This document shows, piece after piece, positions 1 through 9,498 of a stretch of 64,000 bases of DNA. The position numbers and the translations under genes are program-made. Source of the stretch: an uncultured Alphaproteobacteria bacterium (lineage in GTDB: Bacteria > Pseudomonadota > Alphaproteobacteria > Rhizobiales > Xanthobacteraceae); the NCBI GenBank assembly GCA_963702755.1, contig CAVPDZ010000028.1:194410-258409 (forward strand), in the 5' to 3' direction. Below the pieces are notes generated by a model, which was not told the origin of the DNA, ran no database searches, and saw nothing but the letters and a program-made list of their open reading frames with translations. Numbering within the stretch: the first letter of the stretch is position 1; each line of letters begins with the position of its first letter.

Positions 1-35
1 TTTGCGCTGCGGAAGGCGAGGGACGCGTGCGTGTA

Positions 36-209
36 ATGGGGAAATCAGAACAGTATCGGCGCTTCGCCGAATCATGCCTGACGATGGCGAACACGACGCA
101 AGACCAGCAAACCCGCGCCCTCTTTATGCAGATGGCGCAGGTTTGGTTCCGTCTTGCAGAAGAACATAAAGAAGGCGCGGACGACGCCGTTCAGAATGGC
201 AACGTCTAA
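36..209 (+). CDS. small conserved hypothetical protein (57 aa; YRxFAxxC...MAxxW..LAEE motif)
   Basis: ORF 27..209 with ATG at 36. Motif-level paralogy with the convergent neighbour (SEQYRRFAESC..MAQVWFRLAEE vs PTRYREFAHDC..MAKTWRQLADE). Confidence 0.5.
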   Translation: MGKSEQYRRFAESCLTMANTTQDQQTRALFMQMAQVWFRLAEEHKEGADDAVQNGNV

Positions 210-415
210 TCCCCGCTTGTGTCCTCGCTCGTTCCACCGTCCGTCACCTGACGGGCCGGCGGCTCCGATTTGGATGATCGCCTGTCGACTTCGTCGGCAA
301 GCTGGCGCCATGTCTTTGCCATCACGCTAAGGATCTGGCGTTCTTCCTCGGATTTGGCACGACTTGCGAGGCGTTCGCAGTCGTGGGCGAATTCGCGATA
401 TCGGGTCGGGTTCAT
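206..415 (-). CDS. small conserved hypothetical protein, paralog of 36..209
   Basis: ORF 206..415. Same motif family. Its stop codon (206-208) overlaps antiparallel with the TAA (207-209) of the plus-strand paralog. Confidence 0.5.
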   Translation of the reverse strand: MNPTRYREFAHDCERLASRAKSEEERQILSVMAKTWRQLADEVDRRSSKSEPPARQVTDGGTSEDTSGD

Positions 416-627
416 GCCGAGGAAACAATTGTGGCAATGGAACCGTTCCTGATGCCCGGCGCAGACCAGTCAGAATGGAACTTGTCGACGCGAGTTCCCG
501 TAAGTCCGCCTGCCGACAGTCGGGCGTCCGACTTATACCAAACGCAAAATTCGTGAGCCCTTCACTTCGTCATGGCCTTGCTCACCCACGCGCGTTGCGG
601 GCATCCGCGTCTTCCTCGCTGCGTCCA

Positions 628-748
628 CTTCTTTTTCCCCTCCCCCGCGTGCGGGGGAGGGTTGGGGAGGGGGCACACTCCACGGCACGAAGTTGCAGAC
701 AGGCCCCCTCCCTGACCCTCCCCCGCAAGCGGGGGAGGGGAAAAGAAG
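628..748. repeat. REP-type inverted repeat (G/C-rich arms ...CCCCTCCCCCGCGTGCGGGGGAGGG...)
   Basis: Left arm 628-673 and right arm 704-748 are reverse complements. The right arm is nearly identical to 58955-59005. Confidence 0.8.
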
Positions 749-838
749 CGGACGCGGCGACAAAGGAAAGACGTAGATGGCCGGGACAAGTCCACGCTTG
801 TCGCGGGCATGACGAGTCGATGATTTTGTCGCTTGGTC

Positions 839-3149
839 TTATTCTCGCGACGCGAGTATGGCCTTCAGCCGCTGCGGCGTGATCGGCAGTTCGGTGATCG
901 CGCCGGGCATGCCGATCGCATCTTCGACCGCATTGGCGATCGCCGCGCCGACGGCGGTGATGCCGCTCTCGCCCGCGCCCTTGATGCCGAGCGCATTGCG
1001 GTCGGCGGGAAAATCCTCGGTGAGGACGATCTCCATCGGCGGCGCCTCCTGGGCGGTCGGCATCAGATAGTCCGCGAGCGTGAGGTTGAGCGGGTCGCCG
1101 CGCTCGCTGTAGCGGAACTCCTCGTAGAGCGCGCCGCCGAGCCCTTGCATGAAGCCGCCGGCCACTTGTCCCTTCACCAGCATGGGATTGATCGCGCGGC
1201 CGACGTCATAGCCGATGACGTAGCGCAGCACCTCGACGCCGCCGGTGTCGCGGTCGACCTTCACCACCGCGACATGGCTGCCGTAGGGGTAGACCTGGTG
1301 ATCGGTATGGTGCCAGCCTTCGGCGGCGAGGCCCGGCGTGCGGCCGTTGCGCGCGGGCGACGCCGGGGCGAGCGCGGTCGCCACCTCGGCGAGCGGCATC
1401 GAGGCGCCGCCGTCGCGCCGCATCACGATGCCGTCGACGATGTCGAGGTCGGCGGGCGCGGCCTGCATGAGCTGCCCCGCCATGTCGAGCGCCTTCGCGC
1501 GCACATTGAGCGCGGCGACCCGCGTCGCAGAGGCGGTCATCACCGTGGCGCGCGAGGCATGCGCGCCGAGGCCGAATTCGATCTTGTCGGTCTGGCCATG
1601 GATGACGCGCACGTGGCGGTAGTCGACGCCGAGCATCTCCGCCGCGACCTGGGCCACCACGGTCTCGAAGCCCTGGCCGATCGACGCGCCGCCGGTCACC
1701 ACTTCGACCCGGCCGGAGGTGTCGACCGAGATGCGGACGCCGTCGGAGGGGCCGAGCCCGCTCTTCTCCACGAACATGGCGACGCCGGCGCCGACGAGTT
1801 CGCCCTTGGCGCGGCGCGCGCGCAGATCGGCCTTGAGCTCGGTCCACGATACCTGCGCCAGCACCTTGTCGAGGAGGCCGATGTAGTCGCCGGTATCGTG
1901 CTCGAGCTCCTCGCCCAGAACTTCGAGCGGACGCGGATAGGGCATTTCGGCGGGCGCGATGGTGTTGCGCCGGCGCACCTCGACCGAATCGAGATCAAGC
2001 TCGTGCGCGATCGCTTCGACGAGGCGTTCGCGCACGAACGTCGTCTCGTAGCGGCCGGGCGCGCGGTAGGTCGCCGCCGGCGTCTTGTTGGTGAGGCGGA
2101 AGTGGCCGACCGAGCGATAGGCCGGGATGCGATAAGGGCCGGGAAGAATGCCGCTCGCCATCATGGCGACGCGGGTCGCGTGGGTGCGGACATAGGCGCC
2201 CTGGTCGTGCCAGAACTCGTCGTCGAGCGCGAGGATGACGCCGTTCGCGTCGACGCCGGCGCGAACCTTGTGGCGCTGCTGGCGCGAATGATTGGCCGCG
2301 AACAGATGCTCGCGGCGATCCTCGATCCATTTCACCGGGCGGCCGAGCCGCATCGCGGCCGCGCACACCAGCACGTCCTCGGGATAAAGCTCGCCGCGCA
2401 CGCCGAACCCGCCGCCGACGTGCGAATTCATGGATGTGGATCGACGACGGCGGCCGCCGCAGCAAGAGCGACAACAGCTCGCGAATGCGGTGCGGCACCT
2501 TCGCCGCGCCGAACAGCTCGACGATGTCGCGCGACTTGTCGTGGCGGCCGATGGCGCCGCGCGTCTCGATCGGCACGCCGGAATGGCGGCCGACCACGAG
2601 ATCGACGTCGACGATCCGATGGGCGCGCGCCATCATGGCGTCGATGTCGCCATAGCCCTGGCGCACGATCGCCGCTTCGGTCCCGTGCCCGGTTGAGAAT
2701 TCGGCCGGCTCCGCATCGGCATCGAGCAGCACCGGCAATTCCTCGATCTCGATCGCGACGAGATCGGCGGCATCCTCGGCGACATAGGGATCGGCCGCGA
2801 ACACCGCCGCGACCGGCTCGCCGACATAGCGCACGCGCTCGCGCGCCAGCACCGGCTGGCGATAGGGCTCGAGCTTCTCGATGCGGCCTTCGCGGAAATC
2901 GATCGGCGGAATGTCGGCGATGTCGGCCGCGGTCCAGACGGCATGCACCCCGGGGATCGCCAGCGCCGCGCGCGCATCGACCGACACGATCCGCCCATGT
3001 GCTACGGCTGAACGCGCTATGCGCATGTGAAGCTGGTGGGGAAACGAGATATCGCCGGCAAACCGCCCGCGCCCGCGCACCAGCGGCGGGTCCTCGAGGC
3101 GCAGCACGGACTGGCCGATGTATTTGTTGTTGCCGGCGGTCATGACCAC
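839..3149 (-). pseudogene. xanthine dehydrogenase/aldehyde oxidase-family molybdopterin-binding large subunit, frameshifted near 2431-2436
   Basis: The N-terminal ORF 1995..3149 ([30 protein letters not shown]...) is sensible only down to ...SSIHIHE. ORF 839..2431 continues with SHVGGGFGVRGELYPEDV...RPVKWIEDRREH. The junction lies at the conserved GGGFG motif; one extra T in GAATTCG would explain it. Confidence 0.85.
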
Positions 3150-3268
3150 ATCGTTCGCGAGACTCGAAACTTTCCGCCGGCGCAGGAACTGCGGCCATTG
3201 CTTGACCAGCCTGGCAGGCCGTTCGGCCGCCTTGCTCCCATCCCGGTTCAGGCGGCATATAGCATGAC

Positions 3269-3299
3269 GCAGAACCGTTGCAGAACCGATGCAGAATCG
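3269..3299 (+). promoter_or_regulatory. three tandem 11-bp-spaced direct repeats GCAGAA(C/T)CG just upstream of the gcdH RBS
   Basis: GCAGAACCG at 3269 and 3280, GCAGAATCG at 3291. The RBS AAAGGAG is at 3302-3308. Confidence 0.3.
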
Positions 3300-3314
3300 A
3301 CAAAGGAGCGTTCG

Positions 3315-4562
3315 ATGACCATGGCCGAGCAGAAGTCCGGATCAACGCCCGCCAAAGCCGCTAAGCCCGCTGCAAAGTCCGCGAAGGCCGCCTTCCAGTG
3401 GGACGATCCGCTGCGCTTCGACGATCTCCTCACCGAGGACGAGCGGCTGATCCGCGACACCGCGCGCGGCTTCGCCCAGGACAAGCTCGCGCCGCGCGTC
3501 ATCGATGCCTTCCTGCAGGAGAAGTCCGACCGCGAGATTTTCCGCGAGATGGGCGCGCTCGGCCTCCTCGCCGTCACGCTCCCCGAGGCCTATGGCGGCG
3601 CCGAGGCGGGCTACGTCTCCTACGGCCTCGTCGCGCGCGAGGTCGAGCGCGTCGATTCCGGCTATCGCTCCATGATGAGCGTGCAGTCCTCGCTCGTGAT
3701 GTACCCGATCTACACCTACGGCGACGAGACCCAGCGCAAGACCTATCTGCCGCGGCTCGCGACCGGCGAACTCGTCGGCTGCTTCGGCCTCACCGAGCCC
3801 GACGCCGGCTCCGATCCCGCCGGCATGAAGACGCGCGCCGAAAAGGTTTCCGACGGCTATCGCCTCACCGGCACCAAGACCTGGATCTCCAACGCGCCGC
3901 TCGCCGACGTCTTCGTCATCTGGGCGAAGTCCGGCGCCCACGGCGACGACATCCGCGGCTTCATCCTGGAAAAGGGCATGAAGGGCCTCTCGGCGCCGAA
4001 GATCGGCGGCAAGCTGTCGCTGCGCGCCTCGACCACCGGCGAAGTCGTCATGGACGGCGTCGTGGTGCCGGAATCGGCGCTGCTGCCCAACGTCACCGGC
4101 CTGCGCGGCCCGTTCGGCTGCCTCACCCGCGCGCGCTACGGCATCGCGCTCGGCGTCATGGGCGCCGCGGAAGACTGCTGGTATCGCGCCCGGCAATACA
4201 CGCTCGACCGCAAGCAGTTCGGCCGCCCGCTCGCGGCGACCCAGCTCGTGCAGAAGAAGCTCGCCGACATGCAGACCGAGATCGCGCTCGGCCTGCAGGC
4301 CGCGCTCCGCGTCGGCCGCCTCATGGACGAGGGCACCGCGACGCCGGAGATGATCTCGCTCATCAAGCGCAACAACACCGGCAAGGCCCTCGACATCGCC
4401 CGCGCCGCCCGCGACATGCACGGCGGCAACGGCATCCAGATCGAGTACCACGTGATGCGCCACCTGATGAATCTGGAGACCGTGAACACGTACGAGGGCA
4501 CGCACGACATCCACGCGCTGATTTTGGGCCGCGCGCAGACGGGGCTGCAGGCGTTTTCGTGA
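3315..4562 (+). CDS. gcdH: glutaryl-CoA dehydrogenase
   Basis: Internal ATG at 3315 of ORF 3027..4562, 6 nt after AAAGGAG. Acyl-CoA dehydrogenase fold with GcdH-like motifs ([33 protein letters not shown]). Confidence 0.92.
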   Translation: MTMAEQKSGSTPAKAAKPAAKSAKAAFQWDDPLRFDDLLTEDERLIRDTARGFAQDKLAPRVIDAFLQEKSDREIFREMGALGLLAVTLPEAYGGAEAGYVSYGLVAREVERVDSGYRSMMSVQSSLVMYPIYTYGDETQRKTYLPRLATGELVGCFGLTEPDAGSDPAGMKTRAEKVSDGYRLTGTKTWISNAPLADVFVIWAKSGAHGDDIRGFILEKGMKGLSAPKIGGKLSLRASTTGEVVMDGVVVPESALLPNVTGLRGPFGCLTRARYGIALGVMGAAEDCWYRARQYTLDRKQFGRPLAATQLVQKKLADMQTEIALGLQAALRVGRLMDEGTATPEMISLIKRNNTGKALDIARAARDMHGGNGIQIEYHVMRHLMNLETVNTYEGTHDIHALILGRAQTGLQAFS

Positions 4563-4719
4563 GGGGGATTAATGCCAGATTTGAACTAAATAACTATGCG
4601 CAGGGCGCATGACCTCCCCTTGAAAGGGCCGAAGATGTTCGCTATTTGTTCTGAAGCCGGCTACGAATTGCTTGCGATGGTACAAATGTAGGAGGAGTTA
4701 ATCGCAAAATTTGTAATCG

Positions 4720-5157
4720 ATGAAAATCTTATTCCGTGCGCTGCAGATCACTGTCTACTTCTGCGTTATTGCATTCGTGATCTTGACCCTTTGGCTCGTC
4801 GTAAACGGTGAAATAAGTGCCGGCGAACCGAAAGTTGAATACAAAGATTTTGTAGCAATTCTTCTCACGGGGCTCGCTGTGATGATCGCAGTAGCAACCG
4901 TGTTGGCCGCCATGGGCGCCATTTGGGGTTATGTAATTATTCGTGAAGAAATCAATCGGACGGTCGAAAGGATTGCAAGCGCGCGCGCTGAAGAGATTGC
5001 AAATAAAAAAGCCGCAGAAGTTGCGCGCGAGAGTGTTTCTATTGCAGTACCTAAGATGATCAGAGAGGTAGTCGATTTTATCCAGCAGGGTGAAGAACAA
5101 GGAAGGGCAGATGAAATAGCAGAAGAGTATGGTAGGGAAGGTACGGAAAATGAGTGA
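4720..5157 (+). CDS. hypothetical membrane protein (2 predicted TM helices plus a charged helical C-terminus) in an AT-rich islet
   Basis: ORF 4720..5157. Hydrophobic stretches ITVYFCVIAFVILTLWLVV and FVAILLTGLAVMIAVATVLAAMGAIWGYVII. The stop overlaps the ATG (5150) of the next gene. Confidence 0.55.
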   Translation: MKILFRALQITVYFCVIAFVILTLWLVVNGEISAGEPKVEYKDFVAILLTGLAVMIAVATVLAAMGAIWGYVIIREEINRTVERIASARAEEIANKKAAEVARESVSIAVPKMIREVVDFIQQGEEQGRADEIAEEYGREGTENE

Positions 5158-5632
5158 TATTTTTGAAATTATAGAGCGATATTGGGACCACGCTCCGGTT
5201 GATATTGTCACTATCATCCGGGAAGCTGGTATAACGTACGAAGAACAGGAATTATGGGAAAATGAAATTGGGCTTAATTGACCAAAAAGGCGGACGATAC
5301 CGTATCGTAGTGAACTCCCTTCACCCTCTAACGAGGCGCCGATTTACTGCCGCCCACGAGTTGGGACATTATGTGTATCATCGCGATTTAATCGGCGAAG
5401 GAATTTCTGATGCTGCTTATAGAACGGCTGATGTAGGTAGATATCGCAATACTCGCATTACTCCCCGGCATGAAACGCAGGCAAATACTTTTGCTGCAAC
5501 GGTACTGATGCCAGACCACCTAAATCGCGCGGCTTCGCGAGCGCTATCATCTTCCACAACAGCTTTGGGAAAATGGCGCAAAAATTAGAGGTTTCTGATC
5601 AGGCCCTGAGAATTAGGCTGGGAATGACTTAG
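5150..5632 (+). pseudogene. ImmA/IrrE-family (COG2856-like) zinc metallopeptidase, two compensating frameshifts (~5270 and ~5540)
   Basis: HEXXH motif (FTAAHELGHYVYH) in ORF 5262..5588. The N-terminal 40 codons (MSDIFEIIERYWDHAPVDIVTIIREAGITYEE..) and the C-terminal tail (..KMAQKLEVSDQALRIRLGMT*) are both in the frame of the ATG at 5150. The middle part is in another frame. Confidence 0.6.
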
Positions 5633-5756
5633 CAAAAGGCTGATTGCCGCGCCAAAAATATCCACATTTTGCTGGTTATCGTACCTAAATTAAACGTGTG
5701 GCCACGTAAAGCGGCGACTCGAACGATGGCATTCCATGGTCAATCCCGGCCGCAGC

Positions 5757-5972
5757 CTACTGTTGCGTCTTCCCCATAATTGCCCTGCCGCCGTCGGCCG
5801 GCGGACCTTGCTCGATCTTCCAGTTGCTTTGTCCGAGGTGCTCGACGATCGCTCCGGCCACGCGCTGTTGCTCGTCTTCGGTGAGCGAGCGTCGCATGCC
5901 GCGGATCAGCGCCAGGCCCTTGCGAAGGCCCATCATAACATCGAAGCGAAGCGTTTCGGTCTTGCCCCACAT
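5757..5972 (-). CDS. small hypothetical protein (71 aa)
   Basis: Internal ATG of ORF 5757..6089 (MWGKTETLRFDVMMGLRKGLALIRGMRRSLTEDEQQRV...). No recognisable domain. Confidence 0.35.
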   Translation of the reverse strand: MWGKTETLRFDVMMGLRKGLALIRGMRRSLTEDEQQRVAGAIVEHLGQSNWKIEQGPPADGGRAIMGKTQQ

Positions 5973-6147
5973 GGTTGTACCCCTCAAAAAAATGGCTCCG
6001 ACCCGAAGATCGGAGCCAACTGAGACCAGCTGGGTTGGGGGTGGGGGGTGCTGGTCTGAGAAAAACAAGATAGAACAAACATAGAACAAATGTCAAGAGG
6101 CTAAGGGCCCAGAATATTGCACACTAACGGCTGGTCCTTTTTCGATT

Positions 6148-6480
6148 TGTCATGCTCCGCGAAAGCGGAGCATCCAGTAACCCCCGGACAATGCGAAGAA
6201 AATCGGCCGCGCCAAAGGGGAAATCCGGTGGTTACTGGATCGTCCGGTCAAGCCGGACGATGACGGAAGCGTATGGGAAAGGCATCACTCGACCGACCGG
6301 GCGTCGAGCGAATTTTCGTCTTCGATGCGTCATGCTCCGCGAAAGCGGAGCATCCAGTAACCCCCGGATAATGCGAGGAAAACTGGCCGTGCCAAAAATC
6401 GAAATCCAGTGGTTACTGGATCGTCCGGTCAAGCCGGCCGATGACGGAAGCGCGTTGGAGAGGCATCACTAGACCGACCA
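6148..6480. repeat. tandem duplication (period ~180 bp) of a composite palindromic REP unit
   Basis: GTCATGCTCCGCGAAAGCGGAGCATCCAGTAACCCCCGGA...GGTTACTGGATCGTCCGGTCAAGCCGG.CGATGACGGAAGCG occurs at ~6150 and again at ~6330 with few mismatches. Confidence 0.85.
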
Positions 6481-6984
6481 GGCGTCCGGCGAATTTCGGA
6501 TTCGCTGGGCGGACCTCGCGAAGGTCGCCATTCGCCGGCGCGGCGCTGAGCGCCCTGAAGCCATTCGACGAAGCCCATTCGAAGTCCATTGCATCAATAG
6601 GAAAATAATGATACAAAAGAGGCCTCTTCCTATTGGATGGAATGGAGGCGAACATCATGGCTGCTGACCACGCGCAAACTCCGGGTCTCGCTCGCGCTTT
6701 CGCTGATCGCGCGCGTCCGTTCGCTGTTCGGCGGGGCAGGGAAGGGGTGGCAGGTCTTTGATGCGGTTCGGCAAATCGGCGCGGGGATCGCCCGGAAGGG
6801 CCAAAAAATGGATTTTCCCTGTTATTTTCCCTGTTCTCAGGGAAAACCGGCCCGCCGGAGGAGGGCGTTTTTGGCAAAAAGAGAAGCTATTACAATAAGT
6901 TATATGTCGCATAATGCGCTGGCACCACGACCTCCCGCGGCAAGGCGCGCCGATGAACCGTGCTGTCCGCATAAGGCGCGGCGC

Positions 6985-7123
6985 CTCTTCCCCCTCTCCC
7001 CTTGCGGGGGAGGGTCGGGGTGAGGGGGCGCGCCACAAAACGAAAGCCGAGCTTGTGGCACGCCCCCCTCACCCGCACGCGCTGACGCGCGGACGACCTC
7101 TCCCGCAAGGGGAGAGGTGAAGG
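6985..7123. repeat. REP-type palindromic element (CCCCTCTCCCCTTGCGGGGGAGGGTCGGGGTGAGGGGG family)
   Basis: Hairpin-forming G/C-rich units read directly. Same family as 628-748 and 8214-8326. Confidence 0.7.
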
Positions 7124-7179
7124 CAAAGGCGGAGTTGGGCATGCCCCGCGCCGTGCGGCGAATTTCGCCAACCTCAGAA

Positions 7180-7963
7180 TTACTGGTTCGCCGGTTCGGC
7201 GGCGGCGGTGGCCATGTATTTCGAATAGAAATGAGCAACCCGCTCGCGCCACATTCCGACGAACGCCCCCGATGTCAGCTTTTCCACCGATTTCCACGCG
7301 TGTTTGACGGCCGGAAGGGTATTCCGCCAGATCGCGCGTTTGCACCATTTTTCGCCTTTCTCCATGCCTTCGCTCGGTGGCACACATGGATTTCCAGGCG
7401 ATGCGATCCGGTTGGCTGATGTGCTCGGCGGCGCCTTCCCAGCCTTGTTGATGGATCAAGTAAAGATCGCTCAAGGTCGGCTTCCTGTGCGTCACCCACT
7501 CGAACAGAATGCCTTCGGTAATGAGCTTGTAGGCCGCCGCAACGGCATTGTCGCGGGGATTGAGAATCTGCCCGGAGCCGAATTTGTTGAACTCGTATTT
7601 GCTCAGTTGGAACAGGCCGATATACGACCCGGTGCGTTGCTTGGGGTCGAAACCGGACTCGATCTTGGCAACCGCTTTCATGAAATTGAAATCCAGGCCG
7701 AAAGCGTCGGAAGCGCGCTTGATCTCCTCGACCGGCGTTCCGGCCGGGATGTCCTTGAGTGAATTCAAGACGATATCCGCCGGCTTCTCGGCAGGCGGCA
7801 GTTCGGACCAGGCGTAATAGATGAGATACCGGAAATCCTGCGTCGCCGGCGCCGCACTGGGCGCCGAGACGGCCGGCGCGCCTTCACTCTCGGCTGCGCC
7901 AACCTGATGGATCCCCGTGAATGTCAGGGCACCCACGATGCAGATGGCCTGCAAGGCTTTCAT
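7180..7963 (-). pseudogene. secreted lytic-transglycosylase-like (SLT-domain-like) protein, frameshifted near 7385
   Basis: ORF 6890..7963 has a signal peptide and AVAKIESGFDPKQRTGSYIGLFQLS (catalytic ES motif), and is sensible to ..AWKSMC. It continues in ORF 7180..7383 (PPSEGMEKGEKWCKRAIWRNTLPAVKHAW...AAAEPANQ*). Confidence 0.7.
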
Positions 7964-8213
7964 CGTCCCCAGTCCCGCGGCACGATCCCTAAAGAACGCT
8001 ATACCACGCTAAACCATGTTCCCCGTCGTCCAAGGCGCGTCGTCCACACGCTAGCTGTTTTTACAGCCGCAAGAGAGGTAACGGACTGCGGTTTCGATAC
8101 TGATCCGGGAGGTCATCGATGGAGCGCCCCCCGGCTTCGTCTCGTCTGACTGTCTATAGGGACGATTCGGTTAACCCTTCGGCCCCGTCGAGGGAGAACG
8201 CGACGCCCGTGCG

Positions 8214-8326
8214 CTCCCCTCCCCCTTGTGGGGAGGGGTTGGGGGTGGGGGTCGGGCGATGTGGCACATCGGTGCCGTAACCTCGCGACCCCCCACCCCG
8301 ACCCTCCCCCACAAGGGGGGAGGGAG
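8214..8326. repeat. REP inverted repeat (CTCCCCTCCCCCTTGTGGGGAGGGGTTGGGGGTGGGGGTCGGG ... reverse complement)
   Basis: Two arms are separated by ~25 nt. Same architecture as the inner element inside addA (49593-49703). Confidence 0.8.
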
Positions 8327-8463
8327 AATGCGGCGCCCCGTCTCAAAGAGAATGCGACACCGTCCAGGGAGAATGCGGCGCCGGACTGATGTAGGGTCGG
8401 GCCGCGCGCGAGGTTCGGGCGGGCCCGCGCGAGGGTGAGGCGCGGGTGAGAAGAGGGCGGCCG

Positions 8464-9443
8464 ATGACGAGACTTCCCCGGCGAGAGTTTGTTCGGCTTG
8501 CGGCCGCGGCTGCGGTGGTGCCGGCGCTGCCGCGCCTCGCCGCGGCGCAAGCCTATCCGACGCGGATGGTGCGGATCGTGGTCGGGTTTGCGGCGGGCGG
8601 CGGGGTCGACATCACCGCGCGGCTCATCGGGCAGTGGCTCTCGGAGCGGCTCGGGCAATCGTTCGTCGTCGAGAACCGGCCGGGCGCCGACGGCAACCTC
8701 GGCACCGAGGCGGTCATCAACGCGCCGCCCGACGGCTACACGCTGCTGCTCGCGACCGTGCCCAACGCGGTCAACGCGACGCTCTATCCGAAGCTCAATT
8801 TCAATTTCATGCGCGACACGGCGCCGGTCGCGGGCGTCATCCGCGTGCCGATGGTGGTGCTCATCCATCCGTCGGTGCCGGCGAAGACCATCCCCGAATT
8901 CATCACCTACGCCAAGGCCAATCCGGGCAGGATCAACATGGCGTCGGCCGGCACGGGCAGCGCGCCGCACATGGCGGGCGAGCTGTTCAAGACCATGGCC
9001 GACGTCGACCTCGTCCATGTGCCCTATCGCGGCCAGGGCCCGGCGCTGACCGATCTCCTCGGCGGCCAGGTGCAGATCTCGTTCGCGACCGCGCCCGGCA
9101 CCGCCGACTACATCAGGACCGGCAAGCTGCGCGCGCTCGCGGTGACGACGGCCTCGCGCGCCGACGTGCTGCGCGACCTGCCGACGGTCGGGAGCTTCCT
9201 GCCGGGCTACGAGGCGAGCCAGTGGTACGGCCTCGTCGCGCCGAAGCGCACGCCGCCCGACGCCATCGATGCGCTCAACCGCGCGGTCAACGCGCGTTCG
9301 CCGACGCGAAGATGTCGGCGCGCTTCACCGAGATCGCCGGCGAGCCGCTCGCAGGCTCGCCCGCCGACCTCGGCCGCCTCATCGCCGACGAGACCGAGAA
9401 ATGGGCGAAGGTCGTCAAGTTCGTCGGCATCAAGCTGGAGTGA
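8464..9443 (+). pseudogene. Bug-family (tripartite tricarboxylate transporter, TctC-like) substrate-binding protein, frameshifted near 9295
   Basis: ATG at 8464 with a Tat-like RREFV signal. Typical Bug motifs (RIVVGFAAGGGVDITAR, VENRPGA). The frame-1 ORF becomes Arg/Ser junk after ..LNRAVNA. The true C-terminus (FADAKMSARFTEIAGEPLAGSPADLGRLIADETEKWAKVVKFVGIKLE*) is in ORF 8634..9443. Confidence 0.85.
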
Positions 9444-9498
9444 TCGCGTCCTCGGCGCCGAGATGTAGAGTGAGCGGCAGGGCAGGGGTACGAGGACG

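Noticed and set aside
364-882. ORFs crossing REP elements (e.g. 364..882, 533..763, 6152..6472, 6413..6877, 8113..9018, 49461..49682)
   Set aside because: Their peptides (PLPRVRGRVGEG, VMLRESGASSNP, GEGRGGG...) are direct translations of palindromic repeats present at many loci, not genes.
833-3145. 770-aa plus-strand ORF
   Set aside because: Antisense shadow of the XDH-family large-subunit gene. Arg/Ala/Gly/His-rich low-complexity translation typical of high-GC antisense frames, with no motifs.
3342-4514. 390-aa minus-strand ORF and the 404-aa +2 frame ORF (3398..4612)
   Set aside because: Overlap gcdH completely. RG/RA-rich junk translations; gcdH has unambiguous family motifs.
4563-6130. 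tRNA or integrase marking the AT-rich islet as a classical genomic island
   Set aside because: No cloverleaf-compatible sequence, integrase ORF or flanking direct repeats could be found by eye. The islet borders remain undefined.
6148-8330. Possible CRISPR array because of closely spaced repeats
   Set aside because: The repeats are long imperfect palindromes of different families, with no regular repeat-spacer periodicity and no cas genes. They are REP elements.
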